Assembly (NCBI GenBank): GCA_950097015.1
Contig: CATNEN010000008.1
Span: forward strand, 124,001 to 188,000
DNA length: 64,000 nt
Reading direction: 5' to 3'
DNA from: Macrostomum hystrix
Lineage: Eukaryota > Animalia > Platyhelminthes
In this document: positions 24,303 through 37,900 of the stretch, in pieces
Position numbering within the stretch: the first letter of the stretch is position 1
How the letters are laid out: each line of letters begins with the position of its first letter
The notes under the pieces: generated by a model
Told to the model about the DNA's origin: nothing
What the model saw: the letters and a program-made list of their open reading frames with translations, nothing else
The model's database searches: none
Position numbers and translations under genes: made by a program

Positions 24303-24954
24303 AGTTTGGAGTGTAAATTGATGTTATACTTATTCATAACAACTACCTGTTCAACTGTTATATTTGATAAAATACTAAAACGCATTGGACAGTCGGTTCT
24401 TCATCTAAGCTCATCGTCATAAAGCACAGAAATTTGAGGCTTTATGAAACTATAAAAATATGAAAATGTAGACTTCGGAATTTATTATAGTCATTTTATG
24501 CAGGCTTTTAGCGCGGATTAGAAAATTTGATGGGCGAAAAGGTTTAAACTGAACTAAATCTTAGTTCAATAGACAAGGCTTATAGACAAGTCGTAAGAAT
24601 GTTCGACATTTTTTAATCTGCAGGAAATTATGTTTAAATTTATTTTATTCCCTAACAGTTTTCAAAGTCTCAAGATTAAAAATGTGTAAGAATAAGCTTA
24701 CAGAAGCGAAAATATTTTTGAAAGTAAAAAATGACAATCGGTTTTTTACGAACAGGATTGAACGTTCAGAATAAAAGAAATTTTTGCAAGAAAAGTGCCA
24801 CTGATCAGAAAAAACACAAAACACAAAACACAAGCACTTTGCTGTTCACTCTAGGCTCAATATAAAACAAAATGGCAACGTTAGGGCACGATTGTTGACT
24901 TTCAATATTCCATTGTGTCTTAGGCGCTCAAATGTTTATTATCTTGACTTTATT

Positions 24955-25009
<55 letters not shown>

Positions 25010-25010
25010 T

Positions 25011-25053
<43 letters not shown>

Positions 25054-25054
25054 T

Positions 25055-25111
<57 letters not shown>
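24955..25111. repeat. (GCCA)n microsatellite in the presumed 3' UTR of the EF-hand gene
   Basis: ~39 units directly after the stop; AATAAA follows immediately on the minus strand. Confidence 0.95.
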
Positions 25112-25112
<1 letters not shown>

Positions 25113-25113
<1 letters not shown>

Positions 25114-25577
25114 TACCTGCCCAGTGTATTCATAACTTCGGGTGTCTGCAATATGCGCAGCAGGTCGGGCTGAAGCAGGCAGCCGTCGACAAACTCCTCG
25201 TGCGAGATCTCGCAGTTCCGATCGGTATCCAGCAGTCTGAAGAACTCCTCGCATACTTCCTCCGGAGTCTTGCTCAGCTGGATGCCGCGGTCTCTGGCCG
25301 TGTGAAACACGGTGTGCATGATGGCCAGCACTTCGTCCCTGGAGATGCTGCGGTCCTTGTTGCTGTCGAATAGTTCAAAGAACTGCTGCGCCTTCTTGCG
25401 CGCCAGCTCCAGCGAGCTGTGCCGCTGTGCCACCAGGTTGAGAAAGTCGGAGGTCTTGCCGTCGGGCTTGGCGGCTTTGAATTCGGCGAACAACTGGCGA
25501 ATTTCCTGACCGCTGAGACGACTGGCTTCGACAAGAAACGCCACAGACTGGGCGTCGAGCTCCTGCGGCGCTGCCAT
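25113..25577 (-). CDS. Neuronal calcium sensor (recoverin/hippocalcin/NCS-1 family)-like EF-hand protein, 154 aa, single exon
   Basis: NCS-like N-terminus (LDAQSVAFLVEASRLSGQEIRQLFAEF), EF loops DSNKDRSISRDE and DTDRNCEISHEE, and TPEE...F...D...EEFVDGC...P.LLRIL typical of the NCS C-lobe. Confidence 0.8.
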
Positions 25578-25887
25578 CGCGAAAATCGGTTTGTCGCGAA
25601 TTCAGAATCGATTTTTTAAGGGGTTCTTATCGACTTGCGCCTGCAATGTTCTCTTAGAAAAGCTCTTCTTTCAGGCTTTGCCCCAGCCAGCATGAAATTG
25701 TTCATTCGCCAACCAGTTTTCACTCTTTGCCTTATCTGTCTCTCCTAACTGTCTCCCCACTCCGCAGACAACCACCCTCCCTCCCAGCCCCACCTCAAAC
25801 TCAATTTTGGTCAAGCCTATGCGTGCATTTGCCAAGTCGTTGATAAGAAGCTCGGCCGTCGAATGAAGGAAGACACGACCAAAGCCG

Positions 25888-25922
25888 GACCAATCAAAAG
25901 TGGGCTAAAGTTTGGATTGGTC
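25888..25922. promoter_or_regulatory. Pair of inverted CCAAT boxes ~310-345 nt upstream of the EF-hand gene
   Basis: GACCAATC (25888) and GATTGGTC (25915); function is inference. Confidence 0.25.
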
Positions 25923-27042
25923 AGTCAGCTGAAATACAGGTCATCAAAAAAACTGACCTTGCGAGCAGTTCGATACCAAGCGTAGAAAAAAAAGAAATTT
26001 GCTATTACAACCCATATTAACTACTGACAAAATATTAAGCAACTATCCAAAGTCACAATTTCCTTGCTCCGTTTCCGTCATTCGCGTGGGAATAAATGCT
26101 AAAAGTCCATTAAGCATGGCGATGGAAGCCAACAATTAGCCAATGCGAATTCAGAAAGACATGAGACAGAAAACTCATTCACATGTCTGCCAGGTGGGCA
26201 TGCCTCGATTGAAAGAAGCCCTTTCCCATGGAGAATAATGCTCCTGCTGCATACAGTCTTCATGAGGACGCGGAAAAAGAAGCAAATAATAGCGACTGTC
26301 TCCATCAGCTTCCCAGCAGCTTCCCTTGAAATGCATTGTGTTTCTTTTCCCGTGCAGTAAATCTTGTTTTGCACGATAACGCAAGTGCCTGAATCCTATT
26401 AGACATAGGTAAAATGCACCTGATAGTTCTCACGTTTGCTTATCACCTCACATGCGTTACAAGCACCTGAGGTCCACCCTAGCAACAGCAGCTCAACACA
26501 GCTCAGAAGCACTTATATGATACAATTGTTAGCCCAAAATTTGTTGAAATCTGTTTCTTCACTGCCTTTGTTGAGCTGGGTTGTATTTCAGGAATAATTT
26601 CCCACGTATCCAAGGCCAAGACTTCATATCGATGCCTTCTGCAGTTGGAGTAGGAACAAACGACAGGTGACAAAGTGGTTTGGCAGAATGGGGGACTAAA
26701 GAAATTCGCGAAATTGTGAACAAGTTTTCAGAGGCCATGCAATTGCGACCTACAGGTTGAGTACCTATTTTCTAGTTCTCTCTACTCAAGCTAGCTTGAC
26801 AAAACTGCCTTTCTGAGCACATTGCGCTTGAGGGCAAAAATCAATAATGCAGCCCAGTCCTGAGCTCCGCGGTATCGGGGGAAACATAGCTCCACCCACT
26901 ATATTCCAAGCTTTACAACAATATACCTTTGTGCCTCTGTCGTCAGCGTTTGAACATAATTCAGTGTCTACGCAAAACAATAAAAAAAAATTTCTCAGTG
27001 TGGTGCACTTAAAAGCTGTGCTTTACTGTTCGTTTTTAGCTC

Positions 27043-30000
27043 AATCCACTCTGATAACTCACTGATTCCACTCTGATAACTGACTGATTCCACTCTGATA
27101 ACTGACTGATTCCACTCTGATAACTGACTGATTCCACTCTGATAACTGACTGATTCCACTCTGATAACTCACTGATTCCACTCTGATAACTGACTGATTC
27201 CACTCTGATAACTCACTGATTCCACTCTGATAAGTCACTGATTCCACTCTGATAACTCACTGATTCCACTCTGATAACTCACTGATTCCACTCTGATAAC
27301 TCACTGATTCCACTCTGATAACTCACTGATTCCACTCTGATAACTCACTGATTCCACTCTGATAACTCACTGGTTCCACTCTGATAACTCACTGATTCCA
27401 CTCTGATAAGTCACTGATTCCACTCTGATAACTCACTGATTCCACTCTGATAACTCACTAATTCCACTCTGATAACTCACTGATTCCACTCTGATAACTC
27501 ACTGATTCCACTCTGATAACTCACTGATTCCACTCTGATAACTCACTGATTCCACTCTGATAACTCACTGATTCCACTCTGATAACTCACTGATTCCACT
27601 CTGATAACTCACTGATTCCACTCTGATAAGTCACTGATTCCACTCTGATAACTCACTGATTCCACTCTGATAACTCACTGATTCCACTCTGATAACTCAC
27701 TGATTCCACTCTGATAACTCACTGATTCCACTCTGATAACTCACTGATTCCACTCTGATAACTCACTGATTCCACTCTGAAAACTGACTGATTCCACTCT
27801 GATAACTCACTGGTTCCACTCTGATAACTGACTGATTCCACTCTGATAACTCACTGATTCCACTCTGATAACTCACTGATTCCACTCTGATAACTCACTG
27901 ATTCCACTCTGATAACTCACTGATTCCACTCTGATAACTCACTGATTCCACTCTGATAACTCACTGATTCCACTCTGATAACTCACTGATTCCACTCTGA
28001 TAACTCACTGATTCCACTCTGATAACTCACTGATTCCACTCTGATAACTCACTGATTCCACTCTGATAACTCACTGATTCCACTCTGATAACTCACTGAT
28101 TCCACTCTGATAACTGACTGATTCCACTCTGATAACTCACTGATTACACTCTGATAACTCACTGATTCCACTCTGATAAATCACTGATTCCACTCTGATA
28201 ACTCACTGATTCCACTCTGATAACTCACTGATTCCACTCTGATAACTCACTGATTCCACTCTGATAACTCACTGATTCCACTCTGATAACTCACTGATTC
28301 CACTCTGATAAGTCACTGATTCCACTCTGATAACTCACTGATTCCACTCTGATAACTCACTGATTCCACTCTGATAACTCACTGATTCCACTCTGATAAC
28401 TCACTGATTCCACTCTGATAACTCACTGATTCCACTCTGATAACTGACTGATTCCACTCTGATAACTGACTGATTCCACTCTGATAACTGACTGATTCCA
28501 CTCTGATAACTGACTGATTCCACTCTGATAACTGACTGATTCCACTCTGATAACTCACTGATCCCACTCTGATAACTGACTGATTCCACTCTGATAACTC
28601 ACTGATTCCACTCTGATAAGTCACTGATTACACTCTGATAACTCACTGATTCCACTCTGATAACTCACTGATTCCACTCTGATAACTCACTGATTCCACT
28701 CTGATAACTCACTGATTCCAGTCTGATAACTCACTGATTCCACTCTGATAACTCACTGATTCCACTCTGATAACTCACTGATTCCACTCTGATAAGTCAC
28801 TGATTCCACTCTGATAACTCACTGATTCCACTCTGATAACTCACTGATTCCACTCTGATAACTCACTGATTCCACTCTGATAACTCACTGATTTCACTCT
28901 GATAACTCACTGATTCCACTCTGATAACTCACTGATTCCACTCTGATAACTCACTGATTCCACTCTGATATAACTCACTGATTCCACTCTGATAACTCAC
29001 TGATCCCACACTGATAACTCACTGATTCCACTCTGATAACTCACTGATTCCACTCTGATAACTCACTAATTCCACTCTGATAACTCACTGATTCCACTCT
29101 GATAACTCACTGATTCCACTCTGATAACTCACTGATTCCACTCTGATAACTCACTGATTCCACTCTGATAACTCACTGATTCCACTCTGATAACTCACTG
29201 ATTCCACTCTGATAACTCACTGATTCCACTCTGATAACTCACTGATTCCACTCTGATAACTCACTGATTCCACTCTGATAACTGACTGATTCCACTCTGA
29301 TAACTCACTGATTCCACTCTGATAACTCACTGATTCCACTCTGATAACTCACTGATTCCACTCTGATAACTGACTGATTCCACTCTGATAACTCACTGAT
29401 TCCACTCTGATAACTCACTGATTCCACTCTGATAACTCACTGATTCCACTCTGATAACTCACTGATTCCACTCTGATAACTCACTGATTCCACTCTGATA
29501 ACTCACTGATTCCACTCTGATAACTCACTGATTCCACTCTGATAACTCACTGATTCCACTCTGATAACTCACTGATTCCACTCTGATAACTCACTGATTC
29601 CACTCTGATAACTCACTGATTCCACTCTGATAACTCACTGATTCCACTCTGATAACTGACTGATTCCACTCTGATAACTCACTGATTACACTCTGATAAC
29701 TCACTGATTCCACTCTGATAACTCACTGATTCCACTCTGATAACTCACTGATTCCACTCTGATAACTCACTGATTCCACTCTGATAACTCACTGATTCCA
29801 CTCTGATAACTCACTGATTCCACTCTGATAACTCACTGATTCCACTCTGATAACTCACTGATTCCACTCTGATAACTCACTGATTCCACTCTGATAACTC
29901 ACTGATTCCACTCTGATAACTGACTGATTCCACTCTGATAACTCACTGATTCCACTCTGATAACTGACTGATTCCACTCTGATAAATCACTGATTCCACT

Positions 30001-32098
30001 CTGATAACTCACTGATTCCACTCTGATAACTCACTGATTCCACTCTGATAACTGACTGATTCCACTCTGATAACTGACTGATTCCACTCTGATAACTGAC
30101 TGATTCCACTCTGATAACTCACTGATCCCACTCTGATAACTGACTGATTCCACTCTGATAAGTCACTGATTCCACTCTGATAACTCACTGATTACACTCT
30201 GATAACTCACTGATTCCACTCTGATAACTCACTGATTCCACTCTGATAACTCACTGATTCCACTCTGATAACTCACTGATTCCAGTCTGATAACTCACTG
30301 ATTCCACTCTGATAACTCACTGATTCCACTCTGATAAGTCACTGATTCCACTCTGATAAGTCACTGATTCCACTCTGATAACTCACTGATTCCACTCTGA
30401 TAACTCACTGATTCCACTCTGATAACTCACTGATTCCACTCTGATAAGTCACTGATTTCACTCTGATAACTCACTGATTCCACTCTGATAATTCACTGAT
30501 TCCACTCTGATAACTGACTGATTCCAGCCTGATAACTGACTGATTCCACTCTGATAACTCACTGATTCCACTCTGATAACTCACTGATTCCACTCTGATA
30601 ACTCACTGATTCCACTCTGATAACTCACTGATTCCACTCTGATAACTCACTGATTCCACTCTGATAACTGACTGATTCCACTCTGATAACTGACTGATTC
30701 CACTCTGATAACTGACTGATTCCACTCTGATAACTGACTGATTCCACTCTGATAACTCACTGATTCCACTCTGATAACTGACTGATTCCACTCTGATAAC
30801 TCACTGATTCCACTCTGATAAGTCACTGATTCCACTCTGATAACTCACTGATTCCACTCTGATAACTCACTGATTCCACTCTGATAACTCACTGATTCCA
30901 CTCTGATAACTCACTGATTCCACTCTGATAACTCACTGATTCCACTCTGATAACTCACTGGTTCCACTCTGATAACTCACTGATTCCACTCTGATAAGTC
31001 ACTGATTCCACTCTGATAACTCACTGATTCCACTCTGATAACTCACTGATTCCACTCTGATAAGTCACTGATTCCACTCTGATAACTCACTGATTCCACT
31101 CTGATAACTCACTGATTCCACTCTGATAACTGACTGATTCCAGCCTGATAACTGACTGATTCCACTCTGATAACTCACTGATTCCACTCTGATAACTCAC
31201 TGATTCCACTCTGATAACTCACTGATTCCACTCTGATAACTCACTGATTCCACTCTGATAACTCACCGATTCCACTCTGATAACTCACTGATTCCACTCT
31301 GATAACTTAGTGATTCCACTCTGATAACTCACTGATTCCACTCTGATCACTGACTGATTCCACTCTGATAACTCACTGGTTCCACTCTGATAACTCACTG
31401 ATTCCACTCTGATAACTCACTGATTCCACTCTGATAACTCACTGATTCCACTCTGATAACTGACTGATTCCACTCTGATAACTCACTGATTCCACTCTGA
31501 TAACTCACTGATTCCACTCTGATAACTCACTGATTCCACTCTGATAACTCACTGATTCCACTCTGATAACTCACTGATTCCACTCTGATAACTCACCGAT
31601 TCCACTCTGATAACTCACTGATTCCACTCTGATAACTTAGTGATTCCACTCTGATAACTCACTGATTCCACTCTGATCACTGACTGATTCCACTCTGATA
31701 ACTCACTGGTTCCACTCTGATAACTCACTGATTCCACTCTGATAACTCACTGATTCCACTCTGATAACTCACTGATTCCACTCTGATAACTGACTGATTC
31801 CACTCTGATAACTCACTGATTCCACTCTGATAACTGACTGATTCCACTCTGATAACTCACTGATTCCACTCTGATAACTGACTGATTCCACTCTGATAAC
31901 TCACTGATTCCACTCTGATAACTCACTGATTCCACTCTGATAACTCACTGATTCCACTCTGATAACTCACTGATTCCACTCTGATAACTGACTGATTCCA
32001 CTCTGATAACTCACTGATTCCACTCTGATAACTCACCGATTCCACTCTGATAACTCACTGATTCCACTCTGATAACTCACTGATTCCACTGACTGATT
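27043..32098. repeat. 22-bp satellite ACTCACTGATTCCACTCTGATA (~230 copies)
   Basis: Highly homogeneous tandem array, ~5.05 kb. Confidence 0.98.
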
Positions 32099-33021
32099 CC
32101 AAAGGTCCGTGAGCATCGTGAGTGAAGCAACAAAACAAAAAAACTTATTTTTTATATAATGCAGTGAAGTCGTATTTTCCATTTTCTCTCATTTCCGTTA
32201 TCCCCTAGAGGCGGGCACAATTTCCTGCCAAGAAAAAATGCTGCGCTTTGGGAGTATGCGATCTAATTAAAACTTTTCCCAGATATCCTCGCCTTCTGAC
32301 TGATTTAATCTGAGATTTTTTAAGAAATGCGCTCTTTGATTGCCTTCTCTAAGGATGCCAGCTGTTTTGGTCAACGGTTCTCAAGTTCAAATTCAAATAC
32401 AGGATTCCAAGAAATCTGTCAGCTAAAATATAATAGGATATCCGACTGACTAAGAGTGGCACAAACCAGAAATGAATTTTCGATGTCGTTTGAGACGTTC
32501 GATGAAAAGTCCCACGTAGGAAATTCTTACAGAATGTGTGTGAAGTTTTGAGTGGACTGCTCAAAGGGACAAGCCGCAGTGACCAAGCATTCAGTGAGTC
32601 AGTTAACTTTGAGAAGTCAATCAACCAGTGGCTTTTATCGCTTTTATTAACATTTAATTATAAATTAATACGAAGAAGGTCGAGTCGTTTTGGTCATCTT
32701 TTTATTTTAGTTTCAAACGAGATGAGGCCTAAATGTAAGAGTACTTTCTAGTGACGCTTCCGAATATAATGAATATATAATTAAACACATAAAAAGTTTA
32801 CATATTGTCAGTTAGCATTCCCTTAAGAACAAGTGAAAAATTTAAAAAACATTTCTAGATATGCTATTAAAAGAACAATGAAATTTCTTGGTTTCATCTA
32901 AATAATACGAGTAAAAAAGTAATATGATCACATTTGAAAAATGCTCTACAACAACGATAAGAAAACTTAGTTGATAAAATCACTTGTGCGCCATACAGAC
33001 TACTTTAGTCAAGCATTCGCA

Positions 33022-33741
33022 TCAGTAGTATCTAGCGCTCGGAGTATCTGCGCGTCGGAAAAAGAACGGCCTACAGGCGTAAGGCCAGTCGGCTGGGCCG
33101 TCTAGAGAGGTCTCCGCTCCGGCGGGCCGCGCGTCCCACCGGCCATACTGGTATCGCGCTGCCACCAGCTCCTCCAGATCGTTGCCGCGGTCGGTCCTGA
33201 CGTCGTCTAGCAGAGTTCCACGATCCGCCCAGGGGTACTCGTTGGGCTCGTAGACCCGGGCAGTCCTCCAGCAGTTCTCCTCCCAGCAGCATTTGGCTGA
33301 GCCACAGGCACCATTGTCGACCTCACCATCAAAGCCTGTCATCAAAGGAGGCGTCGGCGGGGGCGATGGCAGCTGCACCTGGCGCGGTGGAAGTTTCCAC
33401 TGAGACAACTTCGTTTCATCGATGCGACGCAGCTTTCGTTCCAGGAAGACTCGAGCTCCGGCACTTTGGTCTTCGTCGAATTTCGACAGCGGCGGAAGAC
33501 TCTTAAACTCGGATTGCTGCTTGAGTCCGAGACTGGAGTCTCCAAAGCTTGAGTAGTCGGCGGTTCGGCCATTGTACCAAGTGCTACTGGGTGAGCGCGT
33601 GTAGTCTTCACAGCCGCTCCTGCTGTCCATTTCCAGGTGCCACTTCAGCGACTTCACCGCCGCCTCATGTCGGGCAATGGACGCTGCTAAACTGCGTTCG
33701 ATTTTCGAATCTGACACATCGGCATCGCCGAAGTCGTTCAT
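33022..33741 (-). CDS. Uncharacterised 239-aa protein (probable start MNDFGDADVS...)
   Basis: Non-repetitive GC-rich ORF in AT-rich surroundings; TTGCAG acceptor 8 nt upstream of ATG at 33741; no family recognised. Confidence 0.6.
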   Translation of the reverse strand: MNDFGDADVSDSKIERSLAASIARHEAAVKSLKWHLEMDSRSGCEDYTRSPSSTWYNGRTADYSSFGDSSLGLKQQSEFKSLPPLSKFDEDQSAGARVFLERKLRRIDETKLSQWKLPPRQVQLPSPPPTPPLMTGFDGEVDNGACGSAKCCWEENCWRTARVYEPNEYPWADRGTLLDDVRTDRGNDLEELVAARYQYGRWDARPAGAETSLDGPADWPYACRPFFFRRADTPSARYY

Positions 33742-34133
33742 TGTTTGAACTGCAATTGATAATGAAGGTAGAAAGAATAAAACAAAAAACCATGACAGCT
33801 CAAAAAAGATATTGCGCTGCTCACACAGCGAATTAGCTAAACATTTGTCTTGTATAATCGTTGACCACCGCACTTATGTACTCCGTACGAACTGGGCTTA
33901 ATTGCTCTCGACCTGGTGTTATCTACCTGTCTATACCCCTCTGTGCGCTTTGGCGAAAGTTGACACAGCTAGACCACATTCATAGCATGCAATGCATATA
34001 TTAGGCAATATAAAAATAGAAGGAAGAGCGAATTAAGGCTAAGAAGGTTAAGCAACAGAAAGCAAGTCGTACCTCCCAATTGTGCATGCTTGTTGACAGT
34101 CTTGCTACAGTCTAAACAGATACTCGAAGCGAG

Positions 34134-34498
34134 GCGACACCCCAGAACACTCCAATTCAATCTGAGACACCCCAGAACACTCCAATTCAATCTGAGACAC
34201 CCCAGAACACTTCAATTCAATCTGAGACACCCCAGAACACTTCAATTCAATCTGAGACACCCCAGAACACTCCAATTCAATCTGAGACACCCCAGAACAC
34301 TCCAATTCAATCTGAGACACCTCAGAACACTCCAATTCAATCTGAGACACCCCAGAACACTCCAATTCAACCTGAGACACCCCAGAACACTCCAATTCAA
34401 TCTGAGACACCCCAGAACACTTCAATTCAATCTGAGACACCTCAGAACACTCCAATTCAATCTGAGACACTCCAGAACACTCCAATTCAATCTGAGAC
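34134..34498. repeat. 30-bp minisatellite GACACCCCAGAACACTCCAATTCAATCTGA (~12 copies)
   Basis: Direct tandem repeats ending ~20 nt before the acceptor of the channel exon. Confidence 0.95.
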
Positions 34499-34932
34499 GA
34501 CATTACTCTACTCCGCAGCTGTGGAACTTTCCAATGGACACCCAGCTGTGCCCGTTGGAGATCGGTAGCTATGGTTTCGCCTCATCCGACCTGGAATTCG
34601 CCTGGATGAGCAGCCGGTCAGCTGTACTGCTCAACAGCCAGATGATGCTTAACGAATTCGAACTGCCTGATGTTCGCACGGGCAGCTGCAGTAAAGTGTA
34701 CAGCACCACTGGCCAATTCGCTTGCCTATTTGTTGAATTTAAATTGGTGCGAAAATTCGGATTCTATCTGATCTACACCTACCTGCCCTCGATTCTGGTT
34801 GTGGCCATCTCCTGGATCTCGTTCTGGATCGACTACAAAGCTGTGCCGGCTAGGATCACCATCGGCCTTCTGTCCGTACTGGCCCCGATGACACAGGCTG
34901 CAGCCACTTTCCAGATGAAACTCCGTTGCTAA

Positions 34933-37900
34933 TGGCGCCCAGTCCTTAGAGATTGGCGCCCAGTACATAGAGATTGGCGCCCAGTCCTTGAAGATTGGCG
35001 CCCAGTACTCAGAGATTGGCGCCCAGTACTCAGAGATTGGCGCCCAGTACTTAGAGATTGGCGCCCAGTCCTTGAAGATTGGCGCCCAGTACTCAGAGAT
35101 TGGCGCCCAGTACTCAGAGATTGGCGCCCAGTACTCAGAGATTGGCGCCCAGTACTCAGAGATTGGCGCCCTGTACTCAGAGATTGGCGCCCAGTACTCA
35201 GAGATTGGCGCCCAGTACTCAGAGATTGGCGCCCAGTACTCAGAGATTGGCGCCCTGTACTCAGAGATTGGCGCCCAGTACTTAAAGATTGGCGCCCAGT
35301 ACTCAGAGATTGGCGCCCAGTACTTAGAGATTGGCGCCCAGTACTTAGAGATTGGCGCCCAGTATTCAGAGATTGGCGCCCAGTACTCAGAGATTGGCGC
35401 CCAGTACTTAGAGATCGGCGCCCAGTACTCAGAGATTGGCGCCCAGTACTTAGAGATTGGCGCCCAGTACTCAGAGATTGGCGCCCAGTACTTAGAGATT
35501 GGCGCCCTGTACTCAGAGATTGGCGCCCTGTACTCAGAGATTGGCGCCCAGTACTTAGAGATTGGCGCCCAGTACTCAGAGATTGGCGCCCTGTACTTAG
35601 AGATTGGCGCCCTGTACTCAGAGATTGGCGCCCAGTCCTTGAAGATTGGCGCCCAGTACTCAGAGATTGGCGCCCAGTACTCAGAGATTGGCGCCCAGTA
35701 CTTAGAGATTGGCGCCCAGTCCTTGAAGATTGGCGCCCAGTACTCAGAGATTGGCGCCCAGTACTCAGAGATTGGCGCCCAGTACTCAGAGATTGGCGCC
35801 CAGTACTCAGAGATTGGCGCCCTGTACTCAGAGATTGGCGCCCAGTACTCAGAGATTGGCGCCCAGTACTCAGAGATTGGCGCCCAGTACTCAGAGATTG
35901 GCGCCCTGTACTCAGAGATTGGCGCCCAGTACTTAAAGATTGGCGCCCAGTACTCAGAGATTGGCGCACAGTACTTAGAGATTGGCGCCCAGTACTTAGA
36001 GATTGGCGCCCAGTATTCAGAGATTGGCGCCCAGTACTCAGAGATTGGCGCCCAGTACTTAGAGATCGGCGCCCAGTACTCAGAGATTGGCGCCCAGTAC
36101 TTAGAGATTGGCGCCCAGTACTCAGAGATTGGCGCCCAGTACTTAGAGATTGGCGCCCTGTACTCAGAGATTGGCGCCCTGTACTCAGAGATTGGCGCCC
36201 AGTACTTAGAGATTGGCGCCCAGTACTCAGAGATTGGCGCCCTGTACTTAGAGATTGGCGCCCAGTACTCAGAGATTGGCGCCCAGTACTTAGAGATTGG
36301 CGCCCAGTACTTAGAGATTGGCGCCCAGTACTTAGAGATCGGCGCCCAGTACTTAGAGATTGGCGCCCAGTACTCAGAGATTGGCGCCCAGTACTCAGAG
36401 ATTGGCGCCCAGTACTCAGAGATTGGCGCCCAGTACTTAGAGATTGGCGCCCAGTACTCAGAGATTGGCGCCCAGTACTCAGAGATTGGCGCCCAGTACT
36501 CAGAGATTGGCGCCCAGTACTTAGAGATTGGCGCCCAGTACTCAGAGATTGGCGCCCAGTACTCAGAGATTGGCGCCCAGTACTTAGAGATCGGCGCCCA
36601 GTACTCAGAGATTGGCGCCCAGTACTCAGAGATTGGCGCCCAGTACTCAGAGATTGGCGCCCAGTACTCAGAGATTGGCGCCCAGTACTCAGAGATTGGC
36701 GCCCAGTACTTAGAGATTGGCGCCCAGTACTCAGAGATTGGCGCCCAGTACTTAGAGATTGGCGCCCAGTACTTAGAGATTGGCGCCCAGTACTTAGAGA
36801 TTGGCGCCCAGTACTTAGAGATTGGCGCCCAGTATTCAGAGATTGGCGCCCAGTACTTAGAGATTGGCGCCCAGTACTCAGAGATTGGCGCCCTGTACTC
36901 AGAGATTGGCGCCCAGTACTCAGAGATTGGCGCCCAGTACTTAGAGATTGGCGCCCAGTACTTAGAGATTGGCGCCCAGTACTTAGAGATTGGCGCCCAG
37001 TACTCAGAGATTGGCGCCCAGTACTTAGAGATTGGCGCCCAGTACTCAGAGATTGGCGCCCAGTACTCAGAGATTGGCGCCCAGTACTCAGAGATTGGCG
37101 CCCAGTACTTAGAGATTGGCGCCCAGTACTCAGAGATTGGCGCCCAGTACTTAGAGATTGGCGCCCTGTACTTAGAGATTGGCGCCCAGTACTTAGAGAT
37201 TGGCGCCCAGTACTCAGAGATTGGCGCCCAGTACTTAGAGATTGGCGCCCAGTACTCAGAGATTGGCGCCCAGTACTCAGAGATTGGCGCCCAGTACTCA
37301 GAGATTGGCGCCCAGTACTTAGAGATTGGCGCCCAGTACTCAGAGATTGGCGCCCAGTACTCAGAGATTGGCGCCCAGTACTTAGAGATTGGCGCCCTGT
37401 ACTTAGAGATTGGCGCCCAGTACTTAGAGATTGGCGCCCAGTACTTAGAGATTGGCGCCCTGTACTTAGAGATTGGCGCCCTGTTCTTAGAGATTGGCGC
37501 CCTGTTCTTAGAGATTGGCGCCCTGTTCTTAGAGATTGGCGCCCTGTACTTAGAGATTGGCGCCCTGTTCTTAGAGATTGGCGCCCTGTACTTAGAGATT
37601 GGCGCCCTGTTCTTAGAGATTGGCGCCCTGTTCTTAGAGATTGGCGCCCTGTTCTTAGAGATTGGCGCCCTGTTCTTAGAGATTGGCGCCCAGTACTTAG
37701 AGATTGGCGCCCAGTACTTAGAGATTGGCGCCCAGTACTTAGAGATTGGCGCCCAGTACTCAGAGATTGGCGCCCAGTACTTAGAGATTGGCGCCCTGTA
37801 CTTAGAGATTGGCGCCCAGTACTTAGAGATTGGCGCCCAGTACTCAGAGATTGGCGCCCAGTACTTAGAGATTGGCGCCCAGTACTTAGAGATTGGCGCC

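Noticed and set aside
26099-27065. Short ORFs tested as the missing channel 5' exons (also 21879-22130 with LWKP, and 32349-32751)
   Set aside because: None shows the Cys-loop loop A/D/E motifs (W.D.RL, W.PD.FF.N).
34090-34518. (HPRTLQFNLR)n N-terminal extension of the channel ORF
   Set aside because: Intronic 30-bp array upstream of the CCGCAG acceptor.
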